This document shows, piece after piece, positions 18,490 through 27,582 of a stretch of 64,000 bases of DNA. This DNA comes from Acinetobacter phage 133: sequence record HM114315.1; one strand, written 5' to 3'. Position numbers and translations under genes: made by a program. Position 1 is the stretch's first letter, and the number at the start of each line of letters is the position of its first letter. The notes beneath the pieces were generated by a model. It was given only the letters and a program-made list of their open reading frames with translations, was not told the DNA's origin and did no database searches.

Positions 18490-18556
18490 GTGTTTCTCCA
18501 AAGGTTTGGGATTAATTAATTTGTTTGATCATTATGACCGTTATTTTTGAAGCATT

Positions 18557-18772
18557 TCAAATAAGTGATGCTTCTAAAATATTGATTATTCTATTTAAAA
18601 CATCAGATAAATCCGGATATAATTTCAGATCTAGCTTTGCCAAGTATAATACTTCCTCATTATCATTAACAGATCGCGCATTAATAATACTGGTAAATTC
18701 AGACCACGCATCATCAGACAGGGATAGAAATTCTATAATAGCAGTTAAATTAGGTTCATATGAGTCTTTCAT
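18557..18772 (-). CDS. hypothetical protein (71 aa)
   Basis: Minus-strand ORF. Confidence 0.4.
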   Translation of the reverse strand: MKDSYEPNLTAIIEFLSLSDDAWSEFTSIINARSVNDNEEVLYLAKLDLKLYPDLSDVLNRIINILEASLI

Positions 18773-19423
18773 TTATAATACACCATGATTTCTTGATGCA
18801 CCAGATTGCTTACTTCCGCGAACATGGGACAATTTGTAATTCCACGCATTTCGACTGCAATTAAACTCATCTTTAGTGAAAGTGAGTTTTAAAAATGTAC
18901 GCAGAATCGGCTTATCCGTTTCATTTGCCACTGGGGCATGGACTACTTCCTGGCTAAGCTCGTACATAGTCTTGCTCAAAAGCGGGTAAACTGATTTGTC
19001 CTTTGCAGCAAGTTCCATTTCATGTAATGAAATGTTATGATCCAGGGTCAATTCAAATTCCCCTACCGCAACTTGAGTTGGCAAACAGTCGAACCATATA
19101 AAATTCAGCTGATCTGACATGAACCCGTCAATATGCCAACCTGGCCGCGTTCCAGTTGAACCTGGATTTACATACTCATGTTTCAGGGTCAGATAACAAT
19201 TATACGTCCAGTCAGAATGATACAGATGTTCTGCCAATTCGTGTGCTGCTGCTATCGCTTCATACACTACGGGCTCAATATTTTCAGGGACTTGGTATTC
19301 ACTATGACCAGCTTGCTTAATGCACATATTTGAAATATTGCAATACTCAAAGTCTGTACCAAGATCGAGATATGCCCCTCCAGGAGGCAATGAGCGGACT
19401 TTGATTTTATTCAGGCCCGTCAT
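18773..19423 (-). CDS. hypothetical protein, possible 2OG-Fe(II) oxygenase-like fold
   Basis: 216 aa with RPGWHIDG (an HxD-like motif). Weak evidence only. Confidence 0.3.
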   Translation of the reverse strand: MTGLNKIKVRSLPPGGAYLDLGTDFEYCNISNMCIKQAGHSEYQVPENIEPVVYEAIAAAHELAEHLYHSDWTYNCYLTLKHEYVNPGSTGTRPGWHIDGFMSDQLNFIWFDCLPTQVAVGEFELTLDHNISLHEMELAAKDKSVYPLLSKTMYELSQEVVHAPVANETDKPILRTFLKLTFTKDEFNCSRNAWNYKLSHVRGSKQSGASRNHGVL

Positions 19424-19739
19424 TTTGACATCCTATTTTAATATAACCATTTTCAATATTTGATTCGTAATATCGCATATTGATATCAGTGAACACCCAC
19501 ACTTGACCGTTTACAGAAGCAATGATTTTTTGGAATTTATTATCAAATAATTGCTCATGTATAGGTTCATCGCCATTTGTTGAATGGCATGAATTTAAAG
19601 GTACAGTCATTGAAATATTGCGAGATTTATGCTTTAATCCATCTAACGTAATATCAAGTTTAACATCATGGATTGATAATGCGGCCGGATAAAAACTAAT
19701 CCGATGTGAGTTGTCTAATTCAATAATAATGTGGGTCAT
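19407..19739 (-). CDS. hypothetical protein (110 aa)
   Basis: Minus-strand ORF. Confidence 0.5.
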   Translation of the reverse strand: MTHIIIELDNSHRISFYPAALSIHDVKLDITLDGLKHKSRNISMTVPLNSCHSTNGDEPIHEQLFDNKFQKIIASVNGQVWVFTDINMRYYESNIENGYIKIGCQNDGPE

Positions 19740-20140
19740 GCTTGTTCCATCCGTTGCATAAGAGTTTTAAGTAATGTCTTATTTGATTTAACAAATTGAG
19801 GACATACGCCTTTGTTCACATTATTCCGAGTGTTCTCAATCTGACGTTGTAGTTTACGTAAATATTTGCACTTCGCAGCAAGCATATTGCACTGTTCAAT
19901 CAAAGCGTCTCGAGTAGCACAAACAAAATTATATTCAGCTTTCATTCGCTTATATCGGAGCGAATACGTCTTGGCAAAAAGGTATTTCTCATCAATAATG
20001 TATTGATTCTTATTCTTTGCTACCATTAACAAATAAGGCTGAAGCGCTTCAGCCTTTTTAATATGTGTCGCAATCAAAGGGTTCAATTTTTTAATCTGAC
20101 TCTTTACCTGAATTACTTTGGGATGAGGTATCTTTTTCAT
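19736..20140 (-). CDS. hypothetical protein (134 aa)
   Basis: Minus-strand ORF, ATGA junctions on both sides. Confidence 0.5.
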   Translation of the reverse strand: MKKIPHPKVIQVKSQIKKLNPLIATHIKKAEALQPYLLMVAKNKNQYIIDEKYLFAKTYSLRYKRMKAEYNFVCATRDALIEQCNMLAAKCKYLRKLQRQIENTRNNVNKGVCPQFVKSNKTLLKTLMQRMEQA

Positions 20141-20550
20141 AGCAATTTTTCCATTTCAATTCGGCACAAATCAAGCTCACGATTCCACATAAATGAGCCC
20201 ACTTGCCCATGTTCAGCCGTATTGTTCTGAATAAATCGTAATCGCATGCACACGAGCTCCAACGGGCGACGAACACCTTCCAACAATTTAATTGCTGCTT
20301 CGGTGTTACGTAGTTGGAATATTGCTTCTTTATGTAGACGAGTGTGTTCTTTAGCGTCACCATAATTTTTAGACTTTAATTCCTGGTCTACTATAAGACG
20401 GTGATCCTCGGCCACTTCAGTTAACCAATTGCGATGTTGAGTAAGGGTTGCAATTGCCCGGTTATGCGGGATCATGCGAGCTTTCATCGTCAGTGCATCA
20501 GTACGGGCCAGGTTTGCAATACGTTGTTGCATTTCGTTATTGGTTGGCAT
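20137..20550 (-). CDS. hypothetical protein (~137 aa from an internal Met)
   Basis: Start trimmed to MPTNNEMQQ to remove a 116-nt overlap with the upstream gene. Confidence 0.45.
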   Translation of the reverse strand: MPTNNEMQQRIANLARTDALTMKARMIPHNRAIATLTQHRNWLTEVAEDHRLIVDQELKSKNYGDAKEHTRLHKEAIFQLRNTEAAIKLLEGVRRPLELVCMRLRFIQNNTAEHGQVGSFMWNRELDLCRIEMEKLL

Positions 20551-21079
20551 ATTCAATTGCTCCAATTTCATCAAAAATAGCATCTTGGTTAAGATATGGG
20601 TTATCAAATTTGGCAATAGCATTGGCTGCTTTAATAAGCATTTCTGGCTCAATCTGGAATAAAGGAATGAACATATTCACTGCATTATTATAAGCATTTT
20701 GTTCGGCTTTCAGTTTATATTTTTCAATATAAATTTTGCGAATTTCATCAGAGTCGCCGGATAAGAATAATTCCAATGGCACATCAATAATGTCCCATGT
20801 TTCTGGATCACCTGCGCAATCATCCCATGGGTCCTGGTCTTCAGAACAATGAATGTTAACTACTGGGGTTCGCACTAATGTGCCACCTGCAGGATATTCA
20901 TGGCGCTCTGTCTGGTACACATTGATGTGAATTTCACGGCTACTGAATCGAATAAAATCCGGTAATGATTCTGCTCCACCAGTTAGACTAGTAATAGCTT
21001 CAACCGCGCACCACACGTAGTGATGGGCAAGTATCTGAATTTCAGCTTGTGCTTTTTCTTGTGTTTCAAACACGTTCAT
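20537..21079 (-). CDS. hypothetical acidic protein (180 aa)
   Basis: Minus-strand ORF. Confidence 0.5.
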   Translation of the reverse strand: MNVFETQEKAQAEIQILAHHYVWCAVEAITSLTGGAESLPDFIRFSSREIHINVYQTERHEYPAGGTLVRTPVVNIHCSEDQDPWDDCAGDPETWDIIDVPLELFLSGDSDEIRKIYIEKYKLKAEQNAYNNAVNMFIPLFQIEPEMLIKAANAIAKFDNPYLNQDAIFDEIGAIEYANQ

Positions 21080-21368
21080 AATAATTCACCATTAATTGTT
21101 GGACCATAATTGACAGCACAGCGCTAATTAACATTTGGTTATCAAAAATTATCATTGATAAACAAACACTAATTGCAGTACACACAATCTGCACTTTGGA
21201 TTTATACTTAACCTGGACATGGCGTGTCCAACTGTATGCCATAATCACCATGATTCCATGATAAAGTATCAGTTCATACGGGCTAATATCATAGAAATAT
21301 GTCAATATCCAGGTTAAGGACAGGATTCCTACTATGCAAATACTATTCACGCAGCGCACCTGTTTCAC
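21066..21368 (-). CDS. small multi-pass membrane protein (100 aa)
   Basis: Three hydrophobic helices. Confidence 0.5.
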   Translation of the reverse strand: MKQVRCVNSICIVGILSLTWILTYFYDISPYELILYHGIMVIMAYSWTRHVQVKYKSKVQIVCTAISVCLSMIIFDNQMLISAVLSIMVQQLMVNYYERV

Positions 21369-21819
21369 GGAGGTGGGTCAATTCATCTAAACAGAACTGA
21401 GTATACTCCCAACGAATTGGGTTCAGCCACTTTTCATGACGCACATCACCATAAACTGGATACGACAAATATCTAGGAGAGTTAGAACTCCGAACTGGAT
21501 GTTCTTTGTTATAATACGTGTTTATGAATCGATGCGCAATATATAAAATTAATGGTAGAGAACCTAGTGGTGTGGGGATTTCTGGAATTCCTACATCATA
21601 TAGCTTCCATAAATTCGCGTTTGAACAAAGGCCATTGCGTAAATTAAATCCAAAGTGTTCACCCTTTAGCCCCTCAATTTGGATAGGTTCACCCAGATCA
21701 GGATCATTTTTAGCCATAAGAATTTCTTTATTAGCTAGAATTAATTGCAAATTTATAATGACGCGATTTAATATAATGCGGTCATTAATTTGCAATGATG
21801 GAAAAGTGAATTTGTTCAT
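21343..21819 (-). CDS. member 1 of a four-member paralogue family (C-terminal WLN..RW.Y..F...EL motif)
   Basis: 158 aa. Homologous to the ORFs at 27061, 27579 and 28031 in both the N-terminal (I.N.Q..L.NKE.I) and C-terminal (KWLNPIRWEYTQFCLDEL) regions. Confidence 0.55.
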   Translation of the reverse strand: MNKFTFPSLQINDRIILNRVIINLQLILANKEILMAKNDPDLGEPIQIEGLKGEHFGFNLRNGLCSNANLWKLYDVGIPEIPTPLGSLPLILYIAHRFINTYYNKEHPVRSSNSPRYLSYPVYGDVRHEKWLNPIRWEYTQFCLDELTHLRETGALRE

Positions 21820-22268
21820 TAATAAATCTCCGGGTATTCATAAAAGCGCATATCGTAATAATGGTCAGTTGTTAATTGCGTAAGTAAGTTACGCAAAATG
21901 CCCATTTCTTCGCGGATAATATACCAATCTGGCGGAGTAACCGGTTGATGATGTAAAGAAATCAACTGTTGAATGGCATTGCCGTATGCTTTTTGTTGCA
22001 TCACAAGACCAAATTTCACTTTGTCCAATGAAACCCAACGTTCATCATGACGGGCTTTGTGCTTGTCCATTGTTCGAGCCACTTTATACTGCAATGAACT
22101 GTCCTTTGTTGGGTCTTGCGCGTTTGCCAATGCTAGTTGTAATGCTTCATATGCAGCTTGCGAAGTCGCATCAATCATGCGTAACGTTGCGTTTACACGC
22201 TGAATATCAATCTTGATAAGTTTTGCTTTATCACGGAGTTGTTCAATTAATTTCAATCCAGTTTTCAT
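21819..22268 (-). CDS. hypothetical protein (149 aa)
   Basis: Minus-strand ORF. Confidence 0.5.
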   Translation of the reverse strand: MKTGLKLIEQLRDKAKLIKIDIQRVNATLRMIDATSQAAYEALQLALANAQDPTKDSSLQYKVARTMDKHKARHDERWVSLDKVKFGLVMQQKAYGNAIQQLISLHHQPVTPPDWYIIREEMGILRNLLTQLTTDHYYDMRFYEYPEIY

Positions 22269-22327
22269 AAGTTACTCACTTCAGTTACGGAATACGGTTA
22301 TATTATCACAACCATTTTAAATGTACA

Positions 22328-22807
22328 CTACTTTTTAATAGTTTTTGACTGTTCTAAAAGTTTTTCTGACATATATCGAGCCATTAAATTACCAATCTCA
22401 GAATCGGCCTGTTCCAGATGGATTAATTCGGGTACAGCCTGAATTGTCATCGCTAGTAAAGGATGATCTTTTACACTGAATGCCTTGAGAAACTTCAATA
22501 CCAATGCAGCATTAATTTTCTCCATTGCTTCTTTACTGGTCTCTAACCAGATAGGAATAATAGAATCGTCTACATTCAAAGCAGCATCCCGGCTACACAT
22601 AAAAGCAATTTTAGGTGACACATCTTTGAAGTTATACAGCCGCACTTCAACAATGTCCATCTGGTCGGTGTCCAGGATTTCAACATTGGCCAATTCATGG
22701 TGCTGAATAATTTTGTATACATCATTATCTTCTAGCAAGAAGAATAACTTTTTAGTAACCTCGGTTAAGGCGGCTCGGGATAGTTTGTATTTTTCTAAAA
22801 TGTCCAT
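22328..22807 (-). CDS. hypothetical protein (159 aa)
   Basis: Minus-strand ORF whose start overlaps the primase gene stop (ATGA). Confidence 0.5.
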   Translation of the reverse strand: MDILEKYKLSRAALTEVTKKLFFLLEDNDVYKIIQHHELANVEILDTDQMDIVEVRLYNFKDVSPKIAFMCSRDAALNVDDSIIPIWLETSKEAMEKINAALVLKFLKAFSVKDHPLLAMTIQAVPELIHLEQADSEIGNLMARYMSEKLLEQSKTIKK

Positions 22808-23820
22808 TATACTTTCCTATATTGTTTAAGTTTGAGTCTGGCCATATTACCAGAATAAGAATTATCCAAAATAAACTGTCTGAGTTCATCTGGCTTTGCC
22901 CCCTCTTTAATCATTTCATTGATGTCTTTTTCGTTCCAGGGGCAGTTCAACCAGAAACATACTTTTTCCCCAGCTTCAATCAAGCGTTCCATACGTTTAA
23001 TTGTATCAGGGTGGCGAGGCTCATGGTCCATTGCCCAGACTCGGTTTCCTTTAAATGGTACAGAGTCTAAGTCCAGGCTTCCCCCAGTGATTGCAATAGC
23101 ATTCTTAATGAATAAGCTATCTAATGGACCCTCCAGCGTGATTACAGTCTGGCTAGGATCAATGCGGTCAACCCCGTAAATCTTTGTCGCATCATCGCTT
23201 GACTTAATTGTAATGTACTTCTGAGGTGCATCGGGAGTTAATGCGCGCCCTTGGAATGATTCCATTTTACCGTCCGCATTATAAATTGGAATAACCAAAC
23301 GATATTCTTTAGGCTCCTTCTTATAAGTACCAGGTTTAACATGATTACAAAGTTTTGGCCATTCACCCGTAAAATATAAACGATTCCATTGATATTCAGG
23401 TATTTTACGCCCTTGTACATATTTGATGATTGGATGGTTCTTAGGCAATGTATCCAGTCGAACGGAGTAAGGAATCTGTTCAATCACCGGAGCCGCTTTC
23501 TTAATAATAACAGGCTGGGCCTTCGGCCTGTTAAATCCGTTGGATTTAGAAATTTCAAGCAACATTTCTCGATACATTGGTTCATCATATTCTTTGATGA
23601 ATGTACGAATGCCCATTGAAACGTCACAGTTATAACAGTGGACCATGATAGATCCCTGGTACTCGTATGCCCAAAAACGTGCTTTGAATTCATCCGTTGC
23701 TGAATCTCCACACACTGGACAACGACAGTTCAATTTAAATGGATTAATACTGACTTTACGGAATTGTCCGTAATTACAAAGTATTCGCTCTGCAAATTCT
23801 TGCTCTACCCATACTGACAT
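22807..23820 (-). CDS. 61: DNA primase
   Basis: 337 aa. N-terminal zinc ribbon FKL.CRCPVCGDS..D..KAR....H.. HCYNC, TOPRIM region, and YREMLLEI. Colinear with T4 gp61. Confidence 0.9.
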   Translation of the reverse strand: MSVWVEQEFAERILCNYGQFRKVSINPFKLNCRCPVCGDSATDEFKARFWAYEYQGSIMVHCYNCDVSMGIRTFIKEYDEPMYREMLLEISKSNGFNRPKAQPVIIKKAAPVIEQIPYSVRLDTLPKNHPIIKYVQGRKIPEYQWNRLYFTGEWPKLCNHVKPGTYKKEPKEYRLVIPIYNADGKMESFQGRALTPDAPQKYITIKSSDDATKIYGVDRIDPSQTVITLEGPLDSLFIKNAIAITGGSLDLDSVPFKGNRVWAMDHEPRHPDTIKRMERLIEAGEKVCFWLNCPWNEKDINEMIKEGAKPDELRQFILDNSYSGNMARLKLKQYRKV

Positions 23821-23833
23821 ACATTCACCTATT

Positions 23834-23853
23834 AAAAATGGGGCCGAAGCCCC
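23834..23853 (-). terminator. terminator hairpin (GGGGC-CGAA-GCCCC after A-tract)
   Basis: Between the 249-aa ORF stop and the primase start. Confidence 0.45.
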
Positions 23854-23897
23854 TATATCTACCGCCGCCCATAGTGGTGAGAAGCATTATAATTACA

Positions 23898-24647
23898 TTA
23901 TGCAATAGTTTTTTCTGATGCATTACAGAAAAGGTCAAGTAAAGTTCGTTTGGCTAAAGAACGATCACCTTGTGACCCAGTTACACCCGTGATTTTATTA
24001 AATGCAATTACTTGGTCCTGACATTTAATAGTGCCAATCACACCTTGTGTACCAGAACAGATTTCAAACGGTACCCAAGATAGGTTCATTAAAATTTTAT
24101 AGCGACCCGAATCTAAATTTGTAATTGCTGATGAAATACGCATAATGTTGGCGCCTTTATTAAAGTATTTGTTGTACTGAGTAATTGAAAAACTAATCCA
24201 ACGTTCCCGCGCTTCCCTTCCTTGATGTCGAGGAAATGATTTCCAATGGTGTGCAATTGCCGGGCTATCATTCAGCATATATTTTATGTTAATAAGTGCG
24301 TTGCGAAACCAAATTACATAATGTAGGCGGGACATATTTTTATTAAATTCCCCATACATTGCTTCGCGTGCATATTGGGCGCATCCTCCAATGGGGAAGA
24401 TACGTGACTCTTGCTTAGAATCGACCGTATGGTGCCACATGTCAATCAAAGCATATTGCCATGCTGCTGGAAGGTGATAAATTTTGGCCGCTTCGCACAA
24501 CCCCGATTGTAAAGAACCCCAGTTCAAAATAATTTTGTGCAAGTTCTTGATTACGTCATCTAATTTTTCATTAGGCATTTTCATGTTGTACTCCGTATTT
24601 CTCAATAAACAATTTTTTTCATAGATCCATACCTTTAAAAAATGCAA
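23898..24647 (-). CDS. hypothetical protein, permuted paralogue of 24619..25425
   Basis: 249 aa. Its central PIGG..Y......F.KN.SRL.Y.IWFRN segment matches the C-terminal half of the 268-aa neighbour. Its C-terminal GRYKIL...FNKITG matches that neighbour's N-terminal GRYDLV...FNNKTG. Confidence 0.55.
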   Translation of the reverse strand: MHFLKVWIYEKNCLLRNTEYNMKMPNEKLDDVIKNLHKIILNWGSLQSGLCEAAKIYHLPAAWQYALIDMWHHTVDSKQESRIFPIGGCAQYAREAMYGEFNKNMSRLHYVIWFRNALINIKYMLNDSPAIAHHWKSFPRHQGREARERWISFSITQYNKYFNKGANIMRISSAITNLDSGRYKILMNLSWVPFEICSGTQGVIGTIKCQDQVIAFNKITGVTGSQGDRSLAKRTLLDLFCNASEKTIA

Positions 24648-25425
24648 TCATATTTTCAGTTGATGTACATTCATTATACATAACCAAATAAATCTCAGGA
24701 TTTTGCATCAAGCGACACAAGTCCACCATTTTGTTTCGCAACCAAATTGCATAGTTCAGACGCAATGGATTTTTCCCAAATGAATTATACTGTTGGCAAG
24801 TATCGTATTCAATGGCTCCGCCAATAGGATAGACGTATAGATGGCGTGGGGCCAATGATTTAACATAGTCCGTCCCATAAGATTCAATCCAAATATAGGT
24901 TAACGCTTCTTTTAAGTAAAACGGTAAATCCCCAATGCGCAACTGATTACACACTCCAGTTTCCCAATCAAGATCATCCCAATTATTAATGCCATAGCTG
25001 GTTTCTTCAATAATACCCTGGATAGTACATACTTGTTGATTTGCATCTTTATAAAGTGCATTGACGCTACCAGGAGTAGTTTTTCCCGTTGTGCCAACAA
25101 TAAGTTGGAAATTTGGAGAATACACAATTTCCATCAATTCTTGCATCAATTCATGATATTGTTGGAAACGAACATTGGCTAAAACGGTTGAGTTATTACG
25201 CTTATCTACCATCGACATCAATGCACCAGTTTTATTATTGAAATAGAACATATGTTCTTTATACGTAATGATGTCGCAATTATATTGCTTGTGTAGATTA
25301 AATGTGCGTTTGCCATCCGTATACTGAGCATCAACACGGTATTTAAATTCTTCTGGTAACACCTGAGGATTAGCAACTTCAACTAAGTCATAACGACCAT
25401 TGATAAGCACTTTTAAAATTGTCAT
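24619..25425 (-). CDS. hypothetical protein, permuted paralogue of 23898..24647
   Basis: 268 aa; see the neighbouring entry. Confidence 0.55.
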   Translation of the reverse strand: MTILKVLINGRYDLVEVANPQVLPEEFKYRVDAQYTDGKRTFNLHKQYNCDIITYKEHMFYFNNKTGALMSMVDKRNNSTVLANVRFQQYHELMQELMEIVYSPNFQLIVGTTGKTTPGSVNALYKDANQQVCTIQGIIEETSYGINNWDDLDWETGVCNQLRIGDLPFYLKEALTYIWIESYGTDYVKSLAPRHLYVYPIGGAIEYDTCQQYNSFGKNPLRLNYAIWLRNKMVDLCRLMQNPEIYLVMYNECTSTENMIAFFKGMDL

Positions 25426-25460
25426 TTTGATTTACTCATTTGTTTAACTTGAGATCATAT

Positions 25461-25495
25461 TAACGAAAAAAGGGGGCTCACGTGAGCCCCCTTTA
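25461..25495. repeat. copy 3 of the palindromic intergenic element (AAAAAA-GGGGGCTCACGTGAGCCCCC), terminator
   Basis: Perfect 20-nt palindrome after an A-tract, immediately after the stop of the 43-aa ORF. Confidence 0.55.
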
Positions 25496-25496
25496 A

Positions 25497-25628
25497 TTAA
25501 ATAAAATTGTATTTCAATAATATCATATGTACAGTTAAGTACCAAGCATAAGGAGGAAATACAAATGCAACCAGTGTCAACCAAAATCCTTTAGCCAATA
25601 CAATGCCCGTGAAATAAATCAAGAACAT
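25497..25628 (-). CDS. small hydrophobic protein (43 aa)
   Basis: Hand-translated MFLIYFTGIVLAKGFWLTLVAFVFPPYAWYLTVHMILLKYNFI. It lies between the 155-aa ORF and palindrome copy 3. Confidence 0.35.
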   Translation of the reverse strand: MFLIYFTGIVLAKGFWLTLVAFVFPPYAWYLTVHMILLKYNFI

Positions 25629-25639
25629 AATAAATCCAA

Positions 25640-26107
25640 TTAGTCTTCCCATTTTTGTTTCCTTTTAGGCTTGACAGTTTGAGGCCCAGCTGAAACAATT
25701 GCACCTGATTTTACACCGGCTGCGATTTTGTCCGGGTCACCACCTGAATCACCTGTAACCATTTCTTCATACAATGGTTCGTCAAGTTCACGGGCAATAA
25801 GTGAAACATCTGATTCCGTCATACCAAAACGGCTTGCGATCGCGCTCCAGGAGCTCATGGCGGTTCCTAAGGTCAAAGCCCCTGGTACTGTACCTACCAT
25901 TCGTTTAAACGCGCGCACGGACGCGTGGAACGGCGTATACGCGGACTTCTCTTCATCAGTCTTTGGTCGTTTTAAAACGGACCCTCGATCATTGATAATA
26001 CCGAACTCGTATGCTTTCCAGTCTTTGAAATCTTTCTGCATCAAACGGATAAAACGATACGCATATAAACTGTCAGCAACAGTTTTTCCTGCACCTGTAA
26101 TAGACAT
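25640..26107 (-). CDS. hypothetical protein (155 aa), probably a late gene
   Basis: Minus-strand ORF with RBS AGGGAG and a TATAAATA late promoter 19 nt upstream of the ATG. Confidence 0.55.
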   Translation of the reverse strand: MSITGAGKTVADSLYAYRFIRLMQKDFKDWKAYEFGIINDRGSVLKRPKTDEEKSAYTPFHASVRAFKRMVGTVPGALTLGTAMSSWSAIASRFGMTESDVSLIARELDEPLYEEMVTGDSGGDPDKIAAGVKSGAIVSAGPQTVKPKRKQKWED

Positions 26108-26125
26108 AAATTACTCCCTTTACAC

Positions 26126-26133
26126 TATTTATA
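26126..26133 (-). promoter_or_regulatory. T4 late promoter (TATAAATA on the minus strand)
   Basis: Exact consensus upstream of the 25640..26107 ORF. Confidence 0.5.
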
Positions 26134-26407
26134 AACCGTATGGAAATAAGGCCGTAACCTGGATATCATACCAGATTGACTCACCATCGTAAGGCCTATA
26201 ATTGTGACTGATTGCATTGTTAGTGTGGAACTGGTCAAACATCGTTGACATCTGATCCCCACTGGTACCAATAAAACGTGCGTCATCGAACAAATTGTAT
26301 ACTGAATGTTCATTACCAATTTCAGTCCAACAATCTTCGATATAATCTCGACCATCTACATCTTGTCGTTGGATCTTGGTTGCTATTAGATAAGTAAACC
26401 CCATCAA
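26129..26407 (-). CDS. hypothetical protein (92 aa)
   Basis: Minus-strand ORF. Confidence 0.45.
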   Translation of the reverse strand: MMGFTYLIATKIQRQDVDGRDYIEDCWTEIGNEHSVYNLFDDARFIGTSGDQMSTMFDQFHTNNAISHNYRPYDGESIWYDIQVTALFPYGL

Positions 26408-26718
26408 GTTCTCCAGAATAATCGGTCTTGTTCAACAATTTTCATATCTTCTGAGCTGAACTGTACAAATTCCAAATCGACTGGGTCTTTACCAAAGAAT
26501 CGCAACAAATAACGAGCGGAAAACAATGCCCGTTTTATACATTCGTCTTGATCAAAATGTTTAGTCTGAAAACACTGGTATTCCAACAACGCATCCAGGA
26601 AATGTTCCCGGTTATCATGATCCCGGATAGCCCGAACAAAGAATTGAATGTTACCACTTGATTCTTTGGCCTTTACAATTTTCACTTTCACATTTTGCAT
26701 ATTTGTCAAATTAGCCAT
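26404..26718 (-). CDS. hypothetical protein (104 aa)
   Basis: Minus-strand ORF, ATGA junction. Confidence 0.5.
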   Translation of the reverse strand: MANLTNMQNVKVKIVKAKESSGNIQFFVRAIRDHDNREHFLDALLEYQCFQTKHFDQDECIKRALFSARYLLRFFGKDPVDLEFVQFSSEDMKIVEQDRLFWRT

Positions 26719-27095
26719 GATGGTTCATGCTCCGGATTTAAGATTAAAAAACGTGCCCAGAATCGTGCATCGCACTGATGCAATACATTTAAAGGATCTT
26801 CCTGTTGCACTGATATTTGTTCACCTAGACAGTCTAGTTCTACCTGGTATGAGTACGGAGCAAATGCAAAAAACGGACTTTGATGAGAATACTCCGTTAA
26901 ATAATCAGAAATGTTGTAATACCCCATATATGATACATATCGAATCCAACTGGGCCTTAACTTCCAACTCATCAAGTGCATCGCAAAGTAGCCGCGAGTT
27001 GGTTCGTGCTTTAAGATCAAGTCTGCTTTTGCATTAATCAGGGCCTGTTGTTCTTGCTGGTTAAGGTCGTGAAAGGTCATTATTGAATCGTCCAT
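26706..27095 (-). CDS. hypothetical protein (129 aa)
   Basis: Minus-strand ORF. Confidence 0.5.
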   Translation of the reverse strand: MDDSIMTFHDLNQQEQQALINAKADLILKHEPTRGYFAMHLMSWKLRPSWIRYVSYMGYYNISDYLTEYSHQSPFFAFAPYSYQVELDCLGEQISVQQEDPLNVLHQCDARFWARFLILNPEHEPSWLI

Positions 27096-27582
27096 TCATT
27101 AAGAAATATTCAAGTTCCGTTTTCAAAAATTTCAAATACAACCAACGTTGAGGATTTAACCAGGATTGGCTTCGATAGAAATAACCCTCATCATTAATTG
27201 GGTACGTAACCGTACCGTATGTTTTATACACGTAAATGAATTTTGATGCTAAAAATTCAAGTACATCCGTGACCATACCCACGTCAGGCAACGTTTCTAA
27301 TGTTGTAATCGTGCTTGGTTCTACGTAGTCTTTAACTGAATATTTATCAATCGCAAACAATTCACAATTTTTACATGACAGGTATCCCGTGTCAAATGTG
27401 AATTGATGCGAATTCGCATTTGTAATGTCATCATATGTACCCAATGTAATAGATGCATTCGGCCACTTTGACCCACTTCTTAAGACCAAATCCATAATTA
27501 AACTGCGATTTTCAAGGATTTTGGTTATACGATACAAACTGTCTTGTATGTCTTGACCTAAATCAGTTTCTGAAATATTCAT
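27061..27582 (-). CDS. member 2 of the four-member paralogue family
   Basis: 173 aa, C-terminal SWLNPQRWLYLKFLKTELEYF. Confidence 0.55.
   Translation of the reverse strand: MNISETDLGQDIQDSLYRITKILENRSLIMDLVLRSGSKWPNASITLGTYDDITNANSHQFTFDTGYLSCKNCELFAIDKYSVKDYVEPSTITTLETLPDVGMVTDVLEFLASKFIYVYKTYGTVTYPINDEGYFYRSQSWLNPQRWLYLKFLKTELEYFLMNGRFNNDLSRP

Noticed and set aside
23898-25425. Treating the 268-aa and 249-aa ORFs as one gene broken by a frameshift
   Set aside because: Each ORF has its own Met and the two contain homologous segments in different order, which favours duplicated or permuted paralogues. A sequencing frameshift cannot be fully excluded and is flagged in the findings.
25728-26192. 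154-aa plus-strand ORF, and similar plus-strand ORFs at 39882..40313, 41948..42388, 59434..59844, 14470..14790 and 32349..32990
   Set aside because: Each is antisense to a well-supported minus-strand gene (a conserved homologue or a tightly packed operon member) and has low-complexity or Ser/Leu-rich composition. The whole window is transcribed leftward, and no plus-strand ORF has a convincing RBS or homologue.
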